Shown one piece after another: positions 1 to 12,170 of a stretch of DNA of 64,000 nucleotides (the stretch's first letter is position 1; each line of letters begins with the position of its first letter). A model generated the notes under the pieces. That model was not told the origin of the DNA. It saw nothing but the letters and a program-made list of their open reading frames with translations, and made no database searches. The DNA is from Octopus sinensis. Its lineage: Eukaryota. The DNA is taken from contig NC_043006.1 of NCBI RefSeq assembly GCF_006345805.1, positions 42,966,001 through 43,030,000 on the forward strand, read 5' to 3'. A program made the translations under genes and the position numbers.

Positions 1-2
1 AT

Positions 3-113
3 TGCGAGGCGTTTTTCAATGCATTGAATAAGCATTTTCTAAAATCCGATAATTATCGCAAAATTGTCAATAGACATACAGTAAAACTATCGTATGCAAC
101 ATCACGTAACTAA
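3..113 (+). pseudogene. Penelope-like element RT-thumb/linker fragment
   Basis: Frame 3 reads FFNALNKHFLKSDNYRKIVNRHTVKLSYATSRN*, which aligns by eye with EFLRLVSKHFKQGHKFYRIFNRRTLKVSYSCCRN of the PLE ORF at 27228-28346. Confidence 0.7.
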
Positions 114-613
114 CAATGCTTTATTCCTTAATTTAAAAAAGGTAACTTAACGAAATAAATAATAATATAAACTATCAGTTTGGTAATAATAACAATAAAG
201 AAACCAGCAAAAGACCGTTCAAAGTGGTTTGCAATATCCAAGACATTATTCATAGCAATATTGTTACGAGTAATTAAAAAGTAACAATTTCAGCTATATC
301 TGGTAAAGGATGTGGTTATCCTAGAAAATGCGTTGCTAGTTGTACTATTTACGAATGGTAAGAAAGGTGGAAATCATAACACTGGTACTAATAAGATTAA
401 TTATATAAATAAAAAAGAAACAAAAACGGAAATAATAAAATCAAAATTAATTGTAATAAGAATAAGTATATGTATATATGGGTGTGAGTATACATACCGT
501 GTTAATTTATCTGTATGAGTTATTTTTACTTTTGTTCTAAATTTCTTGCTGTACACACACACGCACGCACACACACACATATATTATGTATGTGTGTGTG
601 TATGTATATATAT

Positions 614-644
<31 letters not shown>

Positions 645-663
645 TGGTTTCTAGAGAGAATCA

Positions 664-987
664 TTCTCTTTTAGTTCCTTTATCGTTTAATACACTCACT
701 GGTAAATTTTCCACTCATTTACTTATTTTTCTAAAATTTTCATTGCGTCTTGCAACCTTTTCAATAGCCGTTGACTCTGTCTATTATCCGAGCTGCGTTC
801 TTTTTGTTCAATAATCGTGTTACGATTTTCACCGTTTTCTTCATAAAGAACGCAGCTCGGATAACAGACAGAGTCAACGACTACTGAAAAAGTTGCAAGG
901 CGCAACGAAAATTTTAGAAAAATAAATAAGTAAATGAGTGGAAAATTTACCTGTGCGTGAGTTAAATGATAAGGCACTAAAAGAGAA
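664..987. mobile_element. Foldback/MITE-like palindrome (~140-bp arms, ~40-bp spacer)
   Basis: Left arm 664-803 (...CGTTGACTCTGTCTATTATCCGAGCTGCGTTCTTT) is the reverse complement of 845-987 (AAAGAACGCAGCTCGGATAACAGACAGAGTCAACG...AAAAGAGAA), with scattered mismatches. Confidence 0.8.
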
Positions 988-1082
988 TAACATTCCCCAG
1001 ACAGAACAGTATATACTTCAACACAAGAACTCACATACAGAATCTTGCAAACCAAACCCCAAAATGAAACATATATATATAT

Positions 1083-1500
1083 AATCGCAGTAGAGTCCGC
1101 TGGAACGGACAATCATGTTAAAGTGGCTACGAATATTACTTGTCAGTACAACTACTGCGTTGATCTTTTGGAGAGATCTTAAAACCAGTATTTTTGCTTC
1201 TTGCAAAATCAGCGACCGTGTGTCCGCTTGAAATATATATATTGCGTGCAGAAGCGAGCGCTATCATCTCTAGTAGACAAGGTGTCCAGTACTGAGGAGT
1301 GGCAGAAATAGCCCGAAACCAGGATTGGTCTACTGGTCCCGTCGCTAGAAGATGGTAGGGGTTTGGTCCCTTGCTCGTAATTTTATCAGATGCAACTATG
1401 CCTCGTTAACCAGCTTGAGGAGAAGTTCTCTTGGGGTTAAAAAATCGCAGTAGAATCTGCTCGGACAGCCATTTTAAAGTAGCTGCGAATATTATTTATG
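1083..1500 (+). mobile_element. Retrozyme-like unit: ~360-bp monomer plus partial second copy, carrying a Type I hammerhead
   Basis: Imperfect ~60-bp direct repeats start at 1083 (AATCGCAGTAGAGTCCGCT...GAATATTACTTGT) and 1443 (AATCGCAGTAGAATCTGCT...GAATATTATTTATGT), a period of 360. Hammerhead in the middle, TA/TG microsatellite on both flanks, no ORF. Confidence 0.6.
1261..1358 (+). ncRNA. Type I hammerhead ribozyme
   Basis: Stem I CCAGUA(1286-91)/UACUGG(1331-36); core CUGAGGA (1292-98); stem II G(U)GGC-AGAAAUA-GCCC; GAAA (1315-18); stem III ACCA-GGAU-UGGU; GUC cleavage triplet (1328-30). Stem I extends through internal loops to 1261/1358 (CUAUCAUCU/AGAUGGUAG). Confidence 0.88.
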
Positions 1501-1537
1501 TACGCATGTATGTGTGTGTGTATATATATACTTAATA

Positions 1538-1752
1538 GTTTCAAACTTTGGCACAGGGCCAGCAATTTTTAAGGAAAGGTAGAAGTTGCGTGTATCGACC
1601 CCAGTACTTGACTGGTATTTATTTTATCGACCTCGAAAGAGTGAAGAGCAGAACCGACTACGGCGGAATTCGAACTCAGAACATAAAGATAGACGAAATG
1701 CCGCTAAGCATGTTTTTCCGACGTGCTAACGTTTCTGCCAGCTCACTGCCTT
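1538..1752 (-). mobile_element. tRNA-headed SINE, family 2
   Basis: Reverse complement of the copy at 19447-19682: A-box-like AGCTGGCAGAAAC, B-box GAGTTCGAATTCC, body GGGGTCGATA...AGTACCAGT. Confidence 0.8.
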
Positions 1753-3304
1753 ATATATGTATACACATGATGACATGAGAATCAGTTTTTGATTCCCTGG
1801 GCATCCTAAATTTCTTTACTCAATCTCTCGATATGTTTATAAGTAGAGAAGAAACGCATTCTAACAAAGAAATAACCCAGCTTTATCTATCTGGAATTAT
1901 GAGTGTAATGTGTCCGTGTGTCCGAGAGAATGGGAGACCATGATAGATAATTCCGCAAGCAGTTCACACTTAACTGGATGTTGGCAGAAATTTTTGACCA
2001 TTAACTCAAGATAACACAGAGTAAATTACATTGTAGACACGGAATTGTGCACCCAGCTTCTTTAATAACAGCAGAGAGTGACTATTAATAGACAGAAGGT
2101 TCTTATCTTCTATTTCATCTCTCGTTTATATGTCCGTATAATTTTCTTTTATTCTTTCGCTCTCTTCGATTCATCATATTTCTTGACTGGTTAATTCGAA
2201 TTCGTGGTTAATTATGCATTTGCTTTTCGTTTTAATTCGATATGTAAATGAAGTAATAAGAACATATTGGACGAAGTGTTTGTATCATAAAAATACAAAT
2301 TCGTCCAACAAATGGATTCTATACATATATACCTGAGGAGTCGATATTGTCGTGAATTGTAGTAATGTTGTTGTTGTTAGCTGGTTTGAGGTGATGACTA
2401 CTTGAGCTGCTGAATGAAAATGTATTTCTGGTGCCACGTGATGACTACAACCGCGATCAATTAACAGAAGATTTATAATGGGACATTTTAACTGTCTTGG
2501 TCTTTTACAAATACTAACAGTAATAGTTACATAGCGGGAGAGACATACTGCTTGAAGTTTACAACAAGCCTACTGATACAGCAATCCATGGCTTCCCTAT
2601 CACAAGTGGAAAATAATTGCGCTATATTCGTGGTGACAAAAGATTCATGTCTACAATTGGCCATCTGTCTTAACAAGCTGGATGTGGTGAAATAGAGACA
2701 AAAAGTGCAGCTGCCCCAGCATTCTACAATTACCGCCAAAAACAGGCTTTTTATAGGACACAAGAAGATTCTAGGAGATTGAATCACGTGATAGTTTGAC
2801 ACTGATTAGTTGCTGAATAGACCAACCACGTGAAACAACTGTAGTTTGATCGTGATGTCTGACAGGCTACTTGGTTCATTTTCGAATCATGCTACAATAT
2901 TTTCGCGGTATTAGTTTAATAATACCGATGCAATGTATCGTTGCACATATTATATAGTAATAATATAGCATAACTCTTCTCATCAACTGTTGATGAAACA
3001 ATTGTAAAACAATGTAACAAAACGAATTGCTCATTCCAGTCCCCTTGTTAATAATCATATAAATTCTACGGATATTCACGGGTATTTATTTATTAAATAT
3101 ATCAGCAGTAAAACTTTCGATTTCCGTTTTATACTTGTACCTGATAGCCAGGACCCGTGTACAAGCTTAAAGCAAGTTCCAATGTTACAACCTGAATGAA
3201 ACATTATGTATACACGCGCACGCGTGCATGTATTATACTTTCACAAGAAGAATGATGACAGTCACTTCGAAGTTTCAGCCACGTATTTATCGACTGGCTG
3301 TCAA

Positions 3305-3337
<33 letters not shown>

Positions 3338-3640
3338 GCACACACGCACACACACATATATATTTTTATAGAAATGTATACATACGTAAACATATATGTA
3401 TGTACATATGTTTTTTTGCGAATGTGTGCGTACATAGGTGTATGTATGTCTATATACATGCATTATGTATTCCTATATGTGTGTATACGTGTGTGTCCCT
3501 GTTCGAGTGTGTGTGTGCCTGTGTGAGTGTATATATATATATATATATAATATATATATATATTGTGTGAAATTTGATTTAGCATTCTAAATTGAATGTT
3601 TTTCCTTGTAAGTTTTGGATTTTATTCCCTCAAATAATAA

Positions 3641-3700
<60 letters not shown>

Positions 3701-4120
3701 ATAATATATATATATATCGTAGGTCGTTACTTTATATATCAGTAAAAATTCACAATTCATCAAAACACCCACCCAAGCACACACACACAACACATCTGTC
3801 TTTAGAATTAGAAACTGATTCTAACACATTCTAGTACATTGCAATAAGCCCGAGGCTACATCTTTTCTAATTGCATCAATATATATATATATATAATATA
3901 TATATATATATTCTTATTATATTTTTCCTTGATATTTGCATCTAAATAATTGTATGACGTGCAGATAGGCAGCAGAAGTGTGAAATTCAAGGTAATATTT
4001 CTGTGAAGGATTGTCTTTTGTAGACATTCTGGTGCCAGCTTTGACAGCATTTCTTCATTTAATTTGGCTTCCACACCAGAACTGCGACATCAATTTCGCA
4101 TATGAGTCTACAATTTTGTT

Positions 4121-4203
<83 letters not shown>

Positions 4204-4243
4204 CAACTATAAACATATATAGATAGATACACACATACATTCT

Positions 4244-4468
4244 TTTATTGTTTTGTCTCAGTCATTTGACTGCGGCCATGCTGGAGCACCGCCTTTAGTC
4301 GAGCAAATCGACACAAGGACTTATTCTTTGGGGTAAGCCTAGTACTTATTCTATCGGTCTCTCTTGCCAAACCGCTAGGTGACGAGTACGTAAACACACC
4401 AGCATCGGTTGTCAAGCGATGTTGGGGGCACAAACACAGACATACAAAGATATACATTTACATATATA

Positions 4469-4522
<54 letters not shown>

Positions 4523-4640
4523 GAAGGGCTTCTTTCAGTTTCCGTTTACTAAATCCACTAGCAAGGCTTTGGTCGACCCGAGGCTATAGTAGAAGACACT
4601 TGCCCCAGGACTGAACCCAGAACCATGTGGTTGATAGATA
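4244..4640 (-). mobile_element. tRNA-headed SINE, family 1 (internal TA/TG microsatellite)
   Basis: Matches the recurring element GGAGTGGCTGTGTGG..GGTTCAGTCCC..CTTGGGCAAGTGTCTTCTACTATAGCC..(TA/TG)n..CAGCATGGCCGCAGTCAAATGACTGAAAC, seen in more than 15 copies in the window. Confidence 0.85.
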
Positions 4641-5149
4641 CATATATTTTTACTCTTTTATTCTTTTACCTGTTTCAGTTATTTGACTGTGGCCATGCAG
4701 CAGCATCGCACTTTTATACACACACACACACATATATATATACATCTACATATATATATATATTATATATATATATATATATAATATATATATATATATA
4801 TAATATATAATATACACGTGTGTATATATGCTGGCTTAGCTGGGTAGAGGCGATTATCTCCCCTGTTTAAAAACGTAAGGACACAGAACGCTTTTGTAGC
4901 GTAGCCAGCTAGAAATGATGTCTCTTGGGGCTAAATGACAGTAACCTTTTTCCCCTTTCCTGGGACTGTCACATTAAGTTGCCAACAAACCATCACTTTA
5001 TCGTGCTATTACTGCATAACTGTCACTGAGAGATTTAGTTATGTAATATTGCTATATATAGTTCAGATTTACAGAAAACAATAGACGAAGACAGGTGTAG
5101 GAACAACAAGCAGGTGTATTAGTTAAACGTCCAGAAAAAATGGAAAAGT

Positions 5150-5185
5150 CTTTTACGTTACAAGACTACGCTCTTCGACAGAAAG
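5150..5185 (-). ncRNA. Degenerate minimal hammerhead (PLE-type)
   Basis: Minus strand: CUUU CUGUCGA A GAGC GUAG UCUU GUAA CGUA AAAG. Stem I CUUU/AAAG and palindromic ACGU stem III are present, but GAAA is mutated to GUAA. Confidence 0.5.
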
Positions 5186-5976
5186 GATTAAGAAACAAAA
5201 AAACTGAAGCGAGAATGAAAATGGGAGAGAGAAAAATGTGCAGATTTCAACGGTCAAACATAGCGAGATGACGGGGAAGAAGAGGTTGAATGAAATGGAG
5301 ATAATAATAATAACAACAACAACAACAACAATGATAATAATAATAATAATAATAACGGTAAAGGTAATGGTGATCCCCAACGAACCAAGGTGCACAAGCG
5401 TGTGTGTGTATGTGTGAATAGGGCGAGTGAGTCTAACGCGTATGTGTTGTGTGTAGCAGCTGATGTGTGTTTGTTCAGGTGGTGTATGCACATTTGTTTG
5501 TTTGTGTGTGTGTGTCTGTGGAGAAATAGTGTGCATGTGTATAGTGTATGTTTGTGGCCGAAAGTTATCTTTGTCTATGAGTGTTGCGTGTGTTTATGCG
5601 TGTTGCGCGCATGTGTGTGTATTGTCTCTGTTCAGGTACTATGTGTTTGTGTGGGGAGGGGGAGTGTGTATGATGGTGTGTGTACTGAGTTAAACAGTGT
5701 TTGTGACTGCTCGTATAGTGGTATGTGTGGTGACGTTATTGACGATTGTGTGTGGATGTGTGATGTAGGTGCTGAGAAGTGTTTGGTGCTAGTGTGTGTG
5801 GAATGGGAAGGTGTTTGTGGGTGTGTGAAGTGAGTATTGAGTTGAACAGTGTGTATGGATGTTTGTAGAGTGGTGTGTGTGTGGTGAGGGTACTGAGGTA
5901 GGCGGTATGCAGGTGTGTAGGTGAAGGGGAGGCAGTTTGATGTGGGATGTATGTGGCAATCCGTGTGCGGTTGGTG

Positions 5977-6273
5977 TCAGATGAAGGGAGGTAGTGAGTT
6001 GAGCCCGTGTGGCGCAAAGGAACGAGAAGAGAAGATTAATCCTTGTTCACGGTGAAGCCGGGAGTTCGGGTAGTCTCTGTCCAGAGACAGTCAAAGCACA
6101 GACAGATGTTGCAGCGAATGACCGGTTGAGTGGAAGTGACGCGAGACCGGGGTGTTATTGCTTAGTCTGATGTCTCGTAGGTGCTCCACGAACCGGTCAA
6201 CCATGCGGCGTCCCGTCTGAACAATGTACAGGATAGGACAGAGAGAGCAGGAGATGCAGTCTGTTGTGTTGGA
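5977..6273 (-). pseudogene. PLE GIY-YIG endonuclease fragment
   Basis: Minus strand translates CISCSLCPILYIVQTGRRMVDRFVEHLRDIRLSNNTPVSRHFHSTGHSLQHLSVL*...REQGLIFSSRSFAPHGLNSLPPFI*, showing the CxxC, YIGQT-R-EH, HF..GH and EQ...P.GLN pattern typical of PLE endonucleases; one internal stop. Confidence 0.85.
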
Positions 6274-6395
6274 TCATTCAAAACCTCTGGTAGTTTGCAT
6301 TTTGACTTTGCACGCGTATTGTCATCTCAACAATATGCTAAAATGGAAGATAAATTCTGTTCATAATACAATAACTAAATATATTATTATTATTA

Positions 6396-6456
<61 letters not shown>

Positions 6457-6767
6457 GAATTATAATAATAATAATAATAATGATGATGATGATGATAATG
6501 TACAAAACCAAATATATGGCACCCTAGGTATAACACCAACATGAACTTCCAGCTTGTTGTCTCTTGAGGTCTCTGGGTGAGACTTGGAGCCAACTTGTAC
6601 AAATGTAAAGCAAAGGTCAAGCATAAAATAATAATAATGATCTTTGATACTCTAGGCACATGGCCCAAAATTTTGGGGGAGGGAGCAGTCGATTAGATCG
6701 ACCCCAGTAAGCAACTGGTACTTAATTTATCGACCCCAGACCTCATAATAATAATAGTAATAATAAC

Positions 6768-6838
<71 letters not shown>

Positions 6839-7776
6839 CACCTCCATTATGATGATGGTGTCACAATAAAATCACTGGAAATTGCGCAACCTGATAATCG
6901 CTACCTCATATGAGTGACAATAAAAGAACAAAATATTGTGAATAACAGTGGTAATGAAACTGAAGCCCTTGATGGTGACTGTGTTGCACCTAGGAGGCTC
7001 AGAGACACTGGTCCGACTCCAGTCTGTTGTTATCCAACTATGTTCTTGTTAGTATTAAGGGAAGAGAAAAAATAGAATTAATATTTTTGATTTTGTTCTG
7101 CTCTATGAATTTAATTTTTTTTTAATGCTTTCGTCCATTACTTGATACAAGAAAAAAGAAATTGAAAAAATCCAAACGAAAACAGAGAAATTATAACTTA
7201 ACAAAAAATATAGAAAGAGAAAGAAAAGGTTGTATTCCAAAGCCAAGAGATTGTTTTTAGCAAAGGTGTAATTTTATAATTAAAACAAATTCAAAATTTA
7301 AATTTCGGAACATAAGACTTAACATGCTATCTGGTGTATGGACGAATTCAAATGGTCGAAGACCTAAAATAAATTTGTGTGTGTGTGTGTGTGTGCCTTT
7401 AATAGCCAGGAGTCAAATTCAGTTCATTCATAGAAAGGAATTCAAATACCTATCGGCCACTCCCTCTCACTCTCTCCCTCTCTCATTTCCTCTCTCCCTT
7501 GCTCGACAAACGTGTCAATTTTAAGTATCTTAATTTTCTCATTAAGCTTGTTGCTGCTTCAGTGGCCCAGTAGGCATGGATATTGAGAAGTAGTAATACA
7601 ACACATATGTGTTGATTTCAAATCTCCTCCAGAAATCACAAGGGATCTAGTTAAAAAATTTTATTTAAGCAGCAAAATTTCCTTCAACAATTTCTTTCTC
7701 TCAAGTGTAACACACGCGTCAGGTACTTACAAAAGACAACTTAGTGTATTAATATTATTGATGATTATTATTATTA

Positions 7777-7807
<31 letters not shown>

Positions 7808-8180
7808 TAAAAATAAATAACTTCAGGCACAAAAATGCAAGAATATGGATTAACAAAAAAATATTGGTATGAGGAAAACGTCACAGATTTTCATTCAAAG
7901 TTTTCTTTGGGTCACACGACCTTATCTACGAATTTTATGGTTAAAAAAATATTTGAATAAAATTAAAAGTACCCAGCCCTTGCAATCTTTGAGGTTAAGT
8001 AATAAAGGAGTAGTCAGCTTTATTACTCGCATTTATCAACATGGATAAATCATTATGTGCAACGATTATGCACGTCTGTTATCCAAGCCGTTATTTAGGA
8101 CAGATCGTTATCTATTCATAAAACGCTCTGAGAAGAAACATTTACTGTGGCATAAGAAAAATCGCTGATGCCATTTTACC

Positions 8181-8333
8181 GAAGCAGCTAACGATCGTTT
8201 AACGTTATTGTTTGGCGGTAATGCAAGGTGAGGCTATTGTACGTTAAGACCTGTGTTTGTGCATCTCTCTGAAAATCTATAGGCACTTAAAGGTTTCTTA
8301 ATAGCTACACTTCCAGTCAAATGGAAAAGCAAG
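8181..8333 (+). pseudogene. Tigger/pogo-family DDE transposase fragment
   Basis: Reads EAANDRLTLLFGGNAR*GYCTLRPVFVHLSENL*ALKG.FLIATLPVKWKSK, matching the KDRLTLLLGGNA.G..KLKP....SENPRALK....LPV.W motif of pogo/Tigger transposases. Confidence 0.75.
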
Positions 8334-8397
8334 TTATAATGCTTCGGTTACTGGTTCGCGGTTTGAAGATGGTTTACACATTACTTCACCTGATTCC

Positions 8398-8730
8398 GTT
8401 GTGTGGTTAAGAAGTTCGTTTTACAACATCGTGATTTTGGGTTCAGTCCTCCTGCGCGACAGCTACTATAGCCCAGTGCTGACCGATACATTGTGAGTGA
8501 ATTCGGCATACAGAAACTGTGTGGAAGCCCACCGTGTACATGTATAAATGTGTGTATGAGTTTTCGTGTCTGTGCTTGTCCCCTTAGCAGTTCCGAAAAG
8601 AGACCGATTGAATAAGTGCTAGACTTTTTGAAAATTGCTAAATACTAGAGTAAATTCGTTCGACTAAAACTACTCAAGACGTTGTCCCAGCATGGCCGCG
8701 GTTCAATGACTGGAACAAATCAAAGATAAA
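8398..8730 (+). mobile_element. SINE family 1, diverged copy
   Basis: GTGTGGTTAAGAAG..GGGTTCAGTCC head and CCAGCATGGCCGCGGTTCAATGACTGGAACAA tail. Confidence 0.7.
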
Positions 8731-9295
8731 TTATCTTGATCATTAGATCATGCGCCTTTCCATCAACAAACTCCAAAGTATCTTTTAAGTGTTACATTAA
8801 CTTTCGTGCTGAAAATACAACGTCACCTTTGCAAGCAATAACCCGAGACGTCACTGCAACAGTTAAATCATATTGTCTTCGGCAGACATCTTCTCAGTTA
8901 ACATGGTTCCGGGCTCAGTACCACTACGTGGCATCTTAGGAAAGTTTCTTCAATTGAAGCTTCAATCCGACCAAAGCCTTGTGAGTGGATTTAGTGGACG
9001 GAAACTGAAAGAAGCCTGTCGTATATATAAATATAAAAACGACCTCGAACCCACAAGAGTAAACAAGAGAGACTGAGACAGACAGAAACAAGGAAAATAC
9101 CACTTGTATTTGAACACTATACAAATATTCTTTTAAAAAACTTTTCTTTTAATTTTTCCAAATTTAATTGTTTTCCATACTTACAGTTGAAAAAGTCTCA
9201 ATGACCAAAACTGGTATTGAAATGTTTTTTATGAAATCATTTTAGCATTTTCTATTTTGACTTTTTTCCATACACACACACATATATATATATAT

Positions 9296-9338
<43 letters not shown>

Positions 9339-9347
9339 TATATATAT

Positions 9348-9395
<48 letters not shown>

Positions 9396-9633
9396 TTGCG
9401 CGCGTGTGGGAGAGGTGCCTGCGTCTTTATAATAACCGGATTGCTTTTAGAGAAACGTTGATCGTTTACTTGTTCTAAGACCATTTCCCTATAATGGATC
9501 CTCCTTCCTCATTCTAATGCTTTTCACTCTTCCTAATAATGTTCGGCTTTGTTTTAATGGTTGAGTTTACTGATCTTTTCAAAGACATTTCATATTTCTT
9601 AACGTATTTTCTCCTGTTCATGCCCACAACACC

Positions 9634-9886
9634 AACGACTTGTTAATGTCTGCTATTGGAGACGTTATGGGCAACATAAATAAACATCCCCTGATCAGAA
9701 CATTTGGTCGTTTTCGAAGCCGTGTCGAGACAGTAATAGAGGCTTATGAAGGTTTTATTGAATAACCTCTTGCTATGTTTATGTGAGAATATATATACCA
9801 AGTTCTATAAAAATATATTAGCTTTTTCTTTTTCTTGTTTTCTTTAAATTGAAAGTTTGTTGTCAAATACCTGCCACACCTTGTGT
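9634..9886 (+). pseudogene. Tc1/mariner-superfamily transposase C-terminus and probable 3' end
   Basis: Reads NDLLMSAIGDVMGNINKHPLIRTFGRFRSRVETVIEAYEGFIE*, matching the Tc1/mariner C-terminal ...RFR.RLE.VI.A.GG.IE* pattern; TIR-like CACACCTTGT about 120 bp downstream. Confidence 0.65.
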
Positions 9887-9929
9887 ATAAATCGTAAATT
9901 CTTCTGACAAAGATGATAACTCTTTAACT

Positions 9930-10134
9930 TTTTTACTTGTTTCAGTCATTTGACTGCGGCCATACTGGAGTACCGCCTTTAGTCAAACAAATCGACCCCA
10001 GGACTTATTCTTTGTAAGCCTAGTACTTATTCTATCGTTTTCTTTTACCGAACCGCTAAGTTACGGTGACGTAAACACACCAGCATCGGTTATCAAGCGA
10101 TGTTATGTAGACAAACACACACAAACATATACAC

Positions 10135-10189
<55 letters not shown>

Positions 10190-10362
10190 CGTATATACGA
10201 CGGGCTTCTTTCAGTTTCCGTCTACCAAATCCACTCACAAGGCTTTGGTCGGCCTGAGGCTATAGTAGAAGACACTTGCCCAAGGTGCCACGCAGTGGGA
10301 CGGAACCCGGAACCATGTGGTTCGTCAGCAAGCTACTTACCACACAGTCACTCCTACACCTA
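9930..10362 (-). mobile_element. SINE family 1, full length
   Basis: Complete tail, microsatellite, body and tRNA-like head (reverse complement of GGAGTGACTGTGTGGTAAGTAGC..GGTTCCGTCCC). Confidence 0.9.
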
Positions 10363-10639
10363 TATAGGTGAAGGGTCTGCAATTTCTTGTTGAACAACCT
10401 GCACATATAACTTGTTTATCGGGATCAAATGTTTGTTCCGTACATTAGCTCACTCTCGCCATCAAATCAATATTGCTTGTTCAGATGCACGGTGTGCCAC
10501 ACCTTAGGTGTCGAAGTGATTGCAGAGTGACTTGAGAATCTCAAGAAAACAACGCATCACCCGGTCCAGAAAACGAAACCGCGATCTCATGAACGTGAGT
10601 GCAACACGTTAACCACGAGGCCTCACGACCTTACTGTAT

Positions 10640-11077
10640 ATATTAATAAAACGTCAAACAGCTGCTGCCCCAGTATGAAGAATATTATAACTCACAAACA
10701 TCGCGAAGATCCCACTCCCAGCTGTAACTGTCAAGAATCTGAAGCTTGCCCACTTCAACAGGTGTGTATGATAAATTCCGCTGTAAAAGAGGCTGAACCG
10801 AAAAATTATATCGGGTTATGCGAAGGCGATTTCAGAGAGCTTTATGCAAACCACCTGTCTTCTTAAAAGTAACACCACTAGGTTGGCTAGCCACGTATGG
10901 GGTTTGAAGACTAAATCCGCACGACATACACTCAAGAGAAGAGTTATGGAGAAATCCAAGCCATATGTTAATGGAACTAAGAAAAGCAACTTACGAGTAG
11001 CAGAAAGATCACATATTCTTTTTAGATCCAAGAATTCCACATCACCGCTTAATCGCAGATCAGGTGCAAACACATAG
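10640..11077 (+). pseudogene. PLE GIY-YIG endonuclease fragment (YRDD-type family)
   Basis: SCCPSMKNII..CNCQESEACPL..YIGLCEGDFRELYANH, then after a frameshift TTRLASHVWGLK..EKSKPYVNGTKKSNLRVAERSHIL..LNRRS; colinear with the EN of 27228-28346. Confidence 0.85.
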
Positions 11078-11469
11078 ACAGGTTGGTTTCTTTTGTCAAA
11101 ATGGAAGACACCACGCGATCTGGATAGAGTAACTACCTCGCAGACTTTGGCATCCTTTCTGTTATATTGTTTTGCGTCATCTACATTAATTATGGTTTCT
11201 AAAATCAAAGAGGACGAAGATCTTGGTTTCTTTTCTTTTCTTCACGTTCCACTTTTTGCATCAACCTTCTTCACGTTTTTTCTTCTCTTTTTTTTTCTTC
11301 TTCTCATTTTCTCACAATCCAACGTCCTCGTTTTTAAAATACATCTAGCGTACGACCAGAGCCTGAAAGAAAACTTGGAGATACATGGCATGTTTTATAA
11401 ATTTGCTAGTTTAAAGAATTGTAAAAGCATGAAACTATTAGTAGGTCTTTCATAATATGTATTAAGTCG

Positions 11470-11568
<99 letters not shown>

Positions 11569-11601
11569 ATATATACATACATACATACATTTATACATAC
11601 A

Positions 11602-11691
<90 letters not shown>

Positions 11692-11692
11692 A

Positions 11693-11733
<41 letters not shown>

Positions 11734-11736
11734 TAT

Positions 11737-11797
<61 letters not shown>

Positions 11798-12007
11798 CAG
11801 ACAGAGAGATAGACAGATAGATAGACATATGTGTGTATATAAATATATATACATAAACATATATAGAGACATATATATAGGTATATATATGTGCGTATGT
11901 ATATGCATGTGTGTATGTATGTATGTATGTATGTATGTATGTATGTATGTATGTATGTATGCATGCAGGCATGTATGTAGTATATGTGTGTGTGTATATA
12001 TATAGAA

Positions 12008-12097
<90 letters not shown>

Positions 12098-12170
12098 GAC
12101 AGACAGACGGACGGACGGACGGACGGACGGACGGACGGACGGACGGATGGATGGACAGACGGACAGACAG
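11470..12170. repeat. Compound microsatellite (TA/TACA/TAGA/CAGA/CGGA)
   Basis: About 700 bp of consecutive di- and tetranucleotide arrays, read directly. Confidence 0.95.

Larger units (their letters stand above)
5030..6300 (-). mobile_element. 5'-truncated Penelope-like element (Neptune/Poseidon-type GIY-YIG end plus 3' UTR)
   Basis: Endonuclease C-terminus at 5977-6273, then a CA-rich 3' region and a minimal hammerhead relic at 5150-5185 on the same strand. Confidence 0.75.

Noticed and set aside
3640-3720. Recurrent TT and AA phase shifts inside (TA)n tracts
   Set aside because: Cannot be distinguished from single-base consensus errors in long-read assembly of AT repeats.
6500-6630. Unique segment between (GAT)/(AAT) repeats resembling a non-LTR 3' UTR
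   Set aside because: No coding remnant or second copy in the window to support an assignment.
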